A stretch of DNA of 64,000 nt from Gracilinanus agilis. Taxonomy: Eukaryota. The position numbers were made by a program, and so were the translations under genes. Below, one piece after another: positions 1-16,453 of the stretch; the first letter of the stretch is position 1; every line of letters starts with the position of its first letter. The stretch spans positions 189,743,892-189,807,891 of the forward strand of contig NC_058133.1 in the NCBI RefSeq assembly GCF_016433145.1, read 5' to 3'. A model generated the notes under the pieces. The model had not been told where the DNA came from, made no database searches, and worked only from the letters and a program-made list of their open reading frames with translations.

Positions 1-629
1 TCCAAGGTTTTGGCCTTGTTATCACTCCCTTAGCACATACACTGGCATGAGAGGAAGGCTCTGTTTCATCCAGGGAAGAGATTTGAGAAACATCATTTAG
101 CATCCATATTAATGTTCTTCAAAATACAATTAATTCTCTTTTGCTGCTATAAGAAGGACTTTATGAAGCAATGTATTGAAATGCTTAAGATTAGTTTAAA
201 ATTAATTTTTAAACTGCCCAGAAATTATCTTGTTTGATGAGAAGACACTGGTTCTTTTTTGTAATATTTCTGGACAGAATGACTAGGTTCTTCCACACTC
301 CCTTTCCTGCTTACCACATAGCCTCAGATTCTCATGTCACTTTATCCAACTCATAGCCTGTTATTGGAAAAGCATTTTTCCACTAGAAAAGGAAGAATCA
401 AAAGTAATTTAACTTTTCAGTCATTCAGGGTTTGATAAATCTAAAAATATGGATTACTAAGAAAGACTTCCCTATTTTATAAAAACTACTAGGAAAACTG
501 GAAAGTGATGTAGTAAAAATTAGGCTTACAACAACATTTTCCTCAAAATTCCACAATAAATTCAAAATGTTTATATTACCTAAATATTAAAGATCATACC
601 ATTAAAAAGATGAGAAGTAAATAATATCT

Positions 630-1560
630 TTCTTTTTAATTAATAAATTATTACTTTTTCTCCTTCCTACCTACTCCTTTATTCAATTTTAAAAAAAAAG
701 AAAAAGAAAAGGCCTTGTAACATACATGTATAATTAAGAAAAACAGTCTTGCATTGGCTTTGTCCAAAAATAAGTTTCATTCCACCTTGAGTTCATTATC
801 TGTTATTCAGAAGTTTGGTAGTGTGCTTCATCAGCAATCCATTGGAATGCTGGCTGGTGATTACCTTGATGCAAGTTCTTAAATCTTTCAAAGTTGTTTG
901 TTTTTACGTTGTCATTGTGTAACATGTTCTCTAAACTCTGCTGTCTATTACATTCACACACTAAAATTTGTTCAGCTATTCTCCAATTGATGGAAAAATA
1001 GGCATGTTAATTCAGGGAACTGTGAATTAGTGTAACTCTTTTGGAAATCAGTTTGACATTATGTATATTAAATGATAAAACTATCCATACCTTTTGACCT
1101 GCTAGGCAATATGCCCTAAGGAGGTCACTGGCAAAAAGAAAGTCTCTATTTATGCTAAAGTGTTGATAGCAGCACTTTGGGAGGTAGCAAAAAAATTGAA
1201 AGTAAAATAGATTCCTATAAATTGAGAAATGGCTAAACCAAGAGGATGCTATGAATATGAAGGAATATAGTTGTGCTATAAGAAATGACAAGCACAATGA
1301 TGAAGCCTGAAAGGACTAACATCAGTTCAAGTAAAAGTTCATGCAAATTAAAGAGAAAATGCACATTGACTACAACAGAGTAAGTTAAATGGAACAGACC
1401 ACGACCTCAAGACCATTAAAACTTTATATTGCAAAATTATTAAAACAACAAACTTGACCCTCCAAAAAGAGCCATATTGATATACCTCCCTGTACTCTTT
1501 GGTAGATATCAGAGTCCATGGAACTTTGATATAAATCAGACTTTTTCTATGTTATTTTTT
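630..1560. mobile_element. Degraded L1 fragments
   Basis: 1040-1320 resembles the L1 ORF2 end/3' region (atagcagcactttg...gaaatggctaaac...gtgctataagaaatga). Confidence 0.55.
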
Positions 1561-1616
1561 TATTTTACTCAAATTTTTCTTCTTCTCTTTTTCTCAATCA
1601 AAAACAAAAAACATTG

Positions 1617-1812
1617 GGGCAGCTCTGTAGATAGAGAACCAGGCCTAGAGTAGGGAAGACCTGGGCTCAAATATGGCCTCAGACACTTCCTAGCTTTATG
1701 ACCCTGAACAAGTTACTTAATACCAAGCGCCTAGTCCATACTGTTTTTCTGCCTGGGAACTGATACCCTAGTATCAATTCTAAGACAGAAGGTAGAGATT
1801 TAAAAAAAAAAA
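1617..1812 (+). mobile_element. Marsupial tRNA-derived SINE (SINE1_Mdo-like)
   Basis: Head, B-box-like gctcaaa, core cctcagacacttcctagct, tail ctaagacagaagg + A-run. Confidence 0.85.
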
Positions 1813-2423
1813 TTAGGAGTTTTCTTGGGGGGAAGATGGAGAAATTTACACAAAGGGAATAGCTTTGTGTTATAAGAACAAAAGATATCAGTAAAAATCT
1901 GTTTTTAAAAAGAAATATCCAGAACAGTAAGATTTTCTCAACATGTTTTAAGATTTGTAACTATGATTTCACTTACATTGTTTTCAAATATGTGCATATG
2001 AATAAATGTGAGAGCCAGTCCATTTCAGACTGGCTTTCTTTCCTGTGCTTTGGCTTAGTATTTCACACATCCATATCTATTACATCCATAGTCTTTCCAT
2101 AAGGCAATTTAAAAAAAAAAAGTATCAGGCTTTGGTTGTGATTTTAGTTATTAGATGTCTTCTTATAGCTCTTCTTACAGAGGGAGATACCCTGAAATGA
2201 CTTTCCTAAATCATGTATGTGAGGCTAAAGTGGGAACTTCTGAGCTTTGTGCAACATTATACCAGTCAAGAACTCTGGGAGGGTTATCCTAAGGCTTCCT
2301 ACAAGACAGATGTTTGACCAAACTAACCCTGGATGATTTTCCTTTTGAGGCAGTTGGTTGTTTCTTGAATGGCTCTGGCTCTTCTCCCTCTCTGGGATTG
2401 GTGCCTCTTTTTGACTTGCCTTT

Positions 2424-2613
2424 AAAAAAAATTTTTTTTAATCCTTACTGTCTGTTTTAGTATCCATTCTAAGATAGAAGAGCAGTAAGGGCTAGGCAAT
2501 ATAACTAAGTAACTTGCCAGGATCACACCACTAGGAAGTGTGAGGCCAGATTTGAATCCAGGTCCTCCCGACTCCAATCTTTGCTCTCTATCTACTTTGC
2601 TACCTAGCTGCCT
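2424..2613 (-). mobile_element. SINE1_Mdo-like
   Basis: Reverse complement of the same consensus. Confidence 0.85.
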
Positions 2614-2654
2614 CTCTGACTTGCTCTTTATCTTTATCATTTTCCCTTTTCCAG

Positions 2655-8887
<6,233 letters not shown>

Positions 8888-10945
8888 CCCCTGACCCCTC
8901 CACCACCTAGCTCTTCATCCCCTGCCGGAGGATCGCTCTTGTGGATGTTTAATTCCATGAATCGCTTCTCTTTGGAAATAATACTCATAATGTGAAGTGT
9001 TAATACTAGTTGTGACTTTAGTATTTCTGTGCATGGTGATGCCAGCGGGGTGGGTGTGAGTGTGCGTGAGTGTGTGTATGTGTATCCAAGTGAGGTGTTG
9101 TTCTCCTTCCCCTCCTCTCCTTCTGTCCAGGATTTGGCTGCATTGTCAAGACCTTAGGAACTGTGGCCAATTTCTCTTTACTAATAGCCAGGAGCTGGGA
9201 GAGCTGAGCTTTGGCTTTGGGAGGCTGGGGTCAGGTTGGGGTGAGAGGGAGAATGTACCTCTTATTCAACAAATTATATTGCTGTTTCAGCCAAATATTA
9301 CAGTAAAAAAGTTAACAGTTGTTGCCTTTAACTATCCTCTGAAATTTTGATCACTGCCTTTTAACAGAAAAAGCCAGGTTTCCTTCCTTCCTTCTTTCCT
9401 TCCTTTTTCTAGGTAGGGTTGGGAAATTATGACAGTTTGAAAAGATAGATGGAGTAGGGGAAAGAGTTGTGGGTTTTCTGATGTGGGAGTGGTTGATCTT
9501 TTTAAAATGCCACTTAGCACATACAAGTTCACCCTTTTTGTATGGATTTGCTCCTTTGCAGGAGTGAGGACACATATGCATGAATGTTTGGGGATGTGTA
9601 TGTTTGAAATGGGGGTAAGAAAGATTAGCCATATATGTACATGCTTATAGTATTGATATCCTGTGCATTTGGGCCACAGTGAAATAATAGACATTAACTT
9701 CCCAGGGTTAAAAAACAGTCATTGTTCCCTGGGGTAACCCACAATTTGGATCTGATCATTCAAAGACTTTTACTTCCCTGCTTGTTCTCTGGACTTTTGG
9801 ATACTAAAGTGTGAGGATTTGTTTGTTGTTTTTTAAAGATTACTTAAAAGAGTTATGGATTTTATAAATGTTAGATGCCCTTTTGTTTTTCTAAAATTTT
9901 TCCTCTTCATTTCCCTCCTACCTATCCAGTCACATATGGCATCAGAATTGTCTCTTTTCACCCCAGTCCTTTGCCAGCCACACCCAGCATCACTTGTATT
10001 TCCTTCCAGTGTTTACACCCATTGTCTTGAAGACTTGATGGCATGAATGTCATCTGAAGCAAAGGCTAGCTTGTTGAGTTTGATTGAAGCCCATGGTCCA
10101 CCTAAAGTGTGCTTGTGGGCAGTGACAGGGGTTTTGTTTCTTTGGGATGTTTTTGGTTTTCTTTTGATAAACAGGAAAAAAGGGAAAAAACGAAATTAAA
10201 CCTAGCATAATTTTGACTCATGGCAATTTCTTCGGTAGCTTCTTGCCTACTGGGGAGACATGGGTTATGACTGGGATGGGTTGCTGGACATAAGTTGGGG
10301 AATGAGTAGACACAGCCTATAGGTGAGGCCTCAGAGGTTCTTTCCCCAACCCCTCTCTTCAAGAGAAGGGCACATGGCCATACCCAGGAGAGTTATGTCA
10401 CTAAAAACCTTATTTTTATACATGCTAGTAAATAGATATTTTTTTAACAAAAAAGTTATGAATTTATCAAGTATCTTGATGTTGATGGAGAAATATTCCT
10501 CTTTAGTAAAGTATTTATTGGAAGGTAACTTTTTAAAAGCCACCGTGTGTTTGCCTTGGCTCAGTTTTATATGTTGATTATTTTTTAACCTGGCCATCCA
10601 CACCCTGGCACTGCCAGGCTATAGGAGCATCTCTTGCGCCCCCCCCCCCCCCCCGTCAAGAGAAGACCGAACTCTCCAGGAACACCAGCATTGGCTGTGG
10701 GATGCTGTTCACCCAGGATGTGGGCTTACTTAGGACTCTAGGTCTGAAGCTGTTGGCTGGGGCAAGGAGGAAGGGGAAAGGCCGAGTTTCCTAGGTGTCC
10801 AGGCCTTTCACGAAGAGTCCCGGAAATGACTCTCCGCCTTTCTTACTTCCCGATTCCCCCTTCTGAACAGGCTTATTTGGACTGAGCCTCTGGGCCCTAG
10901 GGTGGCACAGCCTGAGAATCGGATTTTAGCTGTGGCGGCCCACCC

Positions 10946-10960
10946 CCACCAGGGGGCAGC
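10946..10960 (+). promoter_or_regulatory. Candidate CTCF site in STAT5B 3' UTR
   Basis: CCACCAGGGGGCAGC matches the CTCF core CCASYAGRKGGCRS. Confidence 0.6.
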
Positions 10961-11462
10961 CCCGAGCTGGGATCCGCTCTGCCCAGTGCCATGCTGAAGG
11001 TGGTTCTAGGAAGCAGGGATGCTCTGGGACCTCCTGCCATCCCCTTCTCCAGGGCCACCAGGCTTCCCAGAGAGCACGCCACCTGGCACTTGGCTTCACT
11101 GCCCTCACTCTTCCAGAAGCTGCTCCTGCGAGGAATTTTGGACTGAGATAGATGTCATTTTGTCCCCCGTGCCCCCACCCCACGCAGCCCGCAGAGCCAA
11201 ACTTGTGTTTGTGCCGACGACTGAGGAAAGCCGAGTGGCGACCGTTTCCCCTGCACCCCCTGTCCCCCTCACAAAACAACAGCAGAAGTGTTTCAGCGGT
11301 GTGTGTGGCATACACGGTGTTTTGTGGGGGTGGGAACACCCCCAAAATGAGTATAATTTAAAAGAAGAGAATACTTTTGATAATTTTTCTTTTTAAAACT
11401 TTGTGAAATTATTTCAGATACATATTTTAGTGTTGAAGCAGATTCCTATATAGCCAGCCACC

Positions 11463-11523
11463 AATAAAGTATTGTGTACAATTTTGGGCAGTCACAAAAT
11501 TGTGTATTTTATGTTACAATAAA
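11463..11523 (+). terminator. STAT5B tandem polyadenylation signals
   Basis: AATAAA at 11463 and 11518 with TGTA elements between them and T-rich sequence downstream. Confidence 0.7.
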
Positions 11524-11654
11524 GGCCTCCTGAAGAGACTATCCTTTTTCATTTGATTTCTTTCTCCCAGGTATGCATGCAAAGTTTTCTGAGAGGGGGG
11601 ATGAGGGCAGCAGCATTGATGAGGCTGTATGGGAATTTGTCCAGAAGACCCTGA

Positions 11655-11860
11655 AGTGGGATAGTTAGATGGCACAGTGGATAGGCAGCCAAGTCTGGAG
11701 ATGGGAGGTCCTAGGTTCAAATGTGACCTCAAACACTTCCTAGTTGTATGACCCTGGGCAAGTCACTTAACCCCCATTGCCTAGCCCTTACTGCTCTTCT
11801 GCCTTAGAACCAATACACAGTATTAATTCTAAGACAGAAGGTGAGGGTTTAAAAAAAAAG
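11655..11860 (+). mobile_element. SINE1_Mdo-like
   Basis: Full head to A-tail. Confidence 0.85.
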
Positions 11861-12439
11861 AAAGTTTGACCCCACAAATTTTACAAATGGCTTAAACCCT
11901 TAGCAGGGCTACTTTAGCTAGATTCCTTTGCTTCCCTCTTTACCAAAAACTTAAGTAATTACCTTCTCTTACCAATTTTTATCCCTGTTCCAGTTTTAGG
12001 TATGGTTATTATAGCATATCTATGGAGCAATGAATGAGCTTCATGTTAAGGAAACCACCTTTCTGATCATTGTATTTCACCTACCAGAAAAGAAAAACGA
12101 CCTATTTTGCCCTGATGCTTCCTCTCATTAGATTTAAAGGTCATTCCTACAGTTGCCTAGAGACTGGCTTCTCAGAGTTAGAGAATCTTCCAAACATCCA
12201 TCACTCAAGGGCCTGCGCTCAAATGCTGACTGCTACTTACCCCCTTTGAGACCTGAAGCACTTTCCTTCCCTGATATTCAGGTTTTCCTTTAAAAAACGA
12301 GGATCACAGAATTTCACATTTAAAAGAACCTTAGTAGCTTTTTAATCTTAACACATACCTGGAAAAGAATTCACAGTACAATGCACCTCATAAGTTGTCA
12401 TTCAGTTTCTGATTCCCAGGGTAGCTCTTTCCAATTTTG

Positions 12440-12690
12440 TTCTTGTTCAGTCATTTCAGTCATGTCTTTGAAACCCCATTTGGGATTTTCTTGGCAAATA
12501 TACTGGAGTGGTTTGCCATTTCCTTCTCCAGCTCATTTGACAAATGAGGAAACTGAGGTAACCAGGGCTAAGTGACTTGCCCTGGGTCACATAACTAGCA
12601 AATATCTGTGGCCAGATTTGAACTCAGGAAGATGAATCTTCCTGATTCCAAGCCCAGTGCTCTATCCACTATACCACCTCACTGCCCCCT
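12440..12690 (-). mobile_element. MAR1-like SINE
   Basis: cagtcatttcagtcatgtc...tactggagtggtttgccatttccttctccagctc. Confidence 0.85.
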
Positions 12691-13532
12691 TTCCAATTTT
12701 GGATAATTCTAATTGTTGGGAAATTTTTCTTGATGACAAAATGAAATTAACTCCTTGTAATTTCTACTGATAGCCCGAATCCTTCCCCCTGAGGTCAAAG
12801 GGACCAATTCTAATCCTTCTACCACGGGACAGCATTTCAAGTATTTGAAGATAGCTATCATCGCTGCCTCTGCTCCACATTCCACTCTAGTCTTCTCTTT
12901 TCCAAGCCACATAATCTCAGTTCTATCAGGAGATCTTCATAAGCCTTAATTTGGCCTCTTTTGTAATATTGGTTACCCTTCTCTTTGTTTATTCTTCATT
13001 TATCAATATCCTTCCTAAAATGTAGCACTCTAACCTGAACATAGTATTCTTGTGGTGTGCCTTGGGCAGCACACGATCACACTGTCACTGCCTTATTCTT
13101 GATGCCTGTGCTTTTCAGGGCAGCCCAAGACTCTGTTAGCTTTTTTTTGATTGGCCTGACATTGTTAACTTACTTGAGCTTGCAGTCCCCTAAAATCCTC
13201 AATTTTTTTCCCAAACCCTTAGCTTACCATTCATCCCAAATTTTATACTTGTGAAGTTGATTCTTGAACCCCAAAGTAAGACATTTTCCCCCATTAAATT
13301 TAATATTGGTTTCAGCCCTAGATTCAGCCTTTCAAGAATTTTTTTTTGGTCCTGGTAGTTATCTAATGTGCAAAAAGTCCCTTTGCCATCCAAGTTTGAT
13401 AGAGTTGTCTATCAAATCACTGATAAAAATAAGTATCATAGAACTGCTTAATTGAAGACCCTCTTCTAAGGCCATCTTTTACATATCAATAGATTATGTT
13501 ATTTCCTCAACTGCTTTGCTAAAATGTAAGTT

Positions 13533-15095
13533 GGGGCAGCTAGGTGGCTCAGTGGATTGAGAGCCAGACCTAGAGACAGGAGGTCCTGGGTTCAAATTTA
13601 AGCGCAGGCACTTCCTAGCTGTGTGACCCTGGATAAGTCACTTAATCCCCATTGTTCAGCCCTTACATAAGGGTTTTAAATAAAGTTGCCATCTAGGTTC
13701 TACTTATTTCACTTCATCTGTCCATTCAAGTCTTCCTAGGCTTCTCCGAAACCACCCCTTCATCATTTTTCTTGCAAACAATTATATTCCATAACATTCA
13801 TGCACCACAATTTGTTTAGGCATTCTTCAATTAATAGGCACCCTCAGTTTCCAGTTCTTTGACATAAAGGTCTATTCTTTCCTCCCCCTTTATTTATTTT
13901 TTAGCTTTTTTTAAAATTTTGAGTTCCAAATTCTCTACCTCCCTGAAACTCCTCCCCTACCCATTGTGAAGGCAAGCAATATGATATCAATTATACATGT
14001 GATGTCATACAAAACATATGAACCATGTTGCAATAAAAAAAGTGAAAAAGTATGCTTTAATTTGCATTCAGAGTATCAGTTCTCACTCTGGAAGTGGATA
14101 GAATTTTTCATAAATCCATTAGAACTGTCATGAATCATTTCACCGATCAGAGGAGCTAAGTCTTTCACAGTTGATCATCCTTATAATAGTGCTGTTTCTG
14201 TGTACAATGTTCTGGTTCTGCTCACTTCCCTTTGCATTAGTTCATAGAAGACTTCCCAGGTTTTTCTGAAACCATCCTGACCCTCATTTCTGATATCGTT
14301 ATTGTTCTGTGGTGTCCAACTCTTTTTTTTTTTAATTTTTAATTTTGAATATTTTCCCCTAGTTACATATTTCATGTTCTTTCCCTCTCCCCCAAACTCC
14401 CTAACCCCCCTTAGGCGACACACAATTCCACTGGGTTTTACATGTATCATTGAACAAGGCCCAAATCCATATTATTGATAGTTAGACTAGAGTTATCGTT
14501 TAGGGTCAATATCCCCATCAGCCCATGTGTTCAAGCAGTTGTTTTTCTTCTGTGTTTCTCCTCCCACAGTTCTTCCTCTGAATGTGACTAGTTTTCTTTC
14601 TCACAAGTCCCTCAGTCTTGCTCTGGATCCTTACATTGCTGCTAGTAGAGAAATCTGTGGTGACCAACTCTTCATGACCCCATTTGGGGTTTTCTTGGCA
14701 AAGATAATGGAGTGTTTTGCCATTTCCTTCTCCAGCTCATTTGACAGATGAGGACACTGAGGCAAACTTGCCCACAATCATAAGATCAGTAAACATCTGA
14801 GGCTAGATTTGAATTCAGGAACAGCTGAATCTCTCCACTGTTACCACCTAGCTGCCCTCTTCATTTCTTAGAGTGCAATAATATTCCATGATGGCCCGTT
14901 TTGTTTTGTTTTGTTTTTTAAACCTTTACCTTCTGCCTTGTAATCAATATTATGTCTTGGTTCTAAGGCAGAAGAGAGATAAGGTCTATCCAATAGTAGT
15001 TAAGTGACACAGTTAGGAAGTTTCTGAAGTGAGATTTGAACCTGGGGTCTCCTGTCTCTAAGCCTGGCTCTCAATCCACTGAACCCCCTAACCCC
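13533..15095. mobile_element. Nested cluster: SINE (+,13533-13682), L1 3' fragments (-, ~13690-14660), MAR1-like (-,14660-14857), SINE (-,14910-15095)
   Basis: Recognisable SINE consensus segments and marsupial-type L1 3' UTR on the minus strand. Confidence 0.7.
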
Positions 15096-15639
15096 CCTGC
15101 CATGGCCTGCTTTGGATGGAGCCATGCTGGCATGCTAGTTTTTTGTGATGTTTTCCAGATGTTGTCCTTTTAGTAATAAGGTTTTTCCCAAGAATCAAAG
15201 TCAAACTCTGACTTACCATTTCAAGGTTCTATTCTCTCCTCTAGTTTTGAAAATCAGGCTCTTTGTCCTCCCTAGGCCTCTCCGGTTCTCCAAGATCTAA
15301 AGACCGAAGAACAATGCCTCACCCATCACATCTGCCAATTCTGCCTGAGAAGGAGGTTCATAGGGCTATTGGGCAAGGCCCTTCCCACCAGTAATCTCTA
15401 GACCTTTCCTCAAGTCTGTTGCTCTGTGCAGCTCCATGTCACACAATCTCCTTGCCTCTGGCGTCTTCCCTTACTCTGGAATTGTCTGGCTCCGGTGCTG
15501 CAAGCCTGGCTAGGAATGCTGGACCCAAGAAGCAGGTGCTCATTTGCATTCTACTCACAGCAGGTCCAAATGCACCCAGAAGTCCTAGGCTTTGTTTTCC
15601 AAGTCCTGATCTGGTTTCTTTCTATTCCCTCCCCATAAA

Positions 15640-15900
15640 GCCCCAGCTGAGGGCTAGACCTCCAAATCTTTTATAACTGTCCCTTTAAGACACCCCCACA
15701 CACCCTACGCCTCCTCCTCCCAGCACAAAGGCTCACTCCCCTACTGGCTGGCTGGCTGGCTGTCTTCCTGGTGACCAGATTTCCCCATCTGGGCCCTGCC
15801 TGCCCTTTAAACTTCAACTCCTTGTCCGGAAGAAAAATATTGTTTCCGGAAGAAACCCGGAAGGACCCTTAGAAACTGGGTTTTAAGGAGGAGGTAAAGA
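15640..15900 (+). promoter_or_regulatory. Putative GHDC promoter / non-coding first exon
   Basis: Three CCGGAAG ETS motifs (15826, 15846, 15857) ~350 bp upstream of the GHDC ATG, followed by a candidate donor GAG|gtaaag at 15894. Confidence 0.5.
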
Positions 15901-16209
15901 ATGCGCTGGAATCCAAGAAGAAGGGGTTGCACAGCACAAAAGTAAAGGAGGGTGAAAGTAAGGGGATCGGAGTTGTGGGGTGCCCTGAAAATACCACGGA
16001 GGTAGGTAGGGGAAACTGAGTAAGATGGCCAGAGGCCAGGACTCTAGTTCCAGCAGCCTCTGACTCAGAGAAAATTCCCTTCTCCTCCCCTGTTCCCCAT
16101 CCCCTTTTCTTGGAGCCTGACTCTTTCTCTGGCTCCTGTTTGCCTCAGTTTCCCCATAGGTGCCACAGGCTAGGGAGGAACAGCTGTGGCTCCCCTATCC
16201 CTCTTCTAG

Positions 16210-16453
16210 ATGCTGCTGCTGCTGTTGTTGCTGCTCTTGCTGCTGCTGCCCCTGACCTTGCTGTGGATGGGGAAGGCCTGGGGCTCTACACTCCAGCATG
16301 GTCTGGCCTTAAGAGCCCTGCGATGGGCAGCAGCCTGGCAGCAGTGGCAGCTGGAGAAGAGCACAAGGCAGGCCCATCGAAGTCAAGAGCGGGTGCTGCA
16401 TCAGTGCCTCCAGGGGCCCCGGACCACTGCCTACCGGCTGGGGGAATTGCCAG
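16210..16453 (+). CDS. GHDC: GHDC first coding exon
   Basis: ATG at 16210; ends CCAG|gtgggt. Confidence 0.9.

Larger units (their letters stand above)
8888..11545 (+). other. STAT5B: STAT5B 3' UTR (~2.6 kb)
   Basis: Largely repeat-free sequence after the stop, ending at two AATAAA signals (11463-11468, 11518-11523); SINE-rich DNA resumes afterwards. Confidence 0.75.

Noticed and set aside
11655-11730. tRNA genes suggested by A/B-box motifs (TGGCNCAGTGG, GGTTCAAA)
   Set aside because: These are heads of tRNA-derived SINEs; no cloverleaf or anticodon stem is present.
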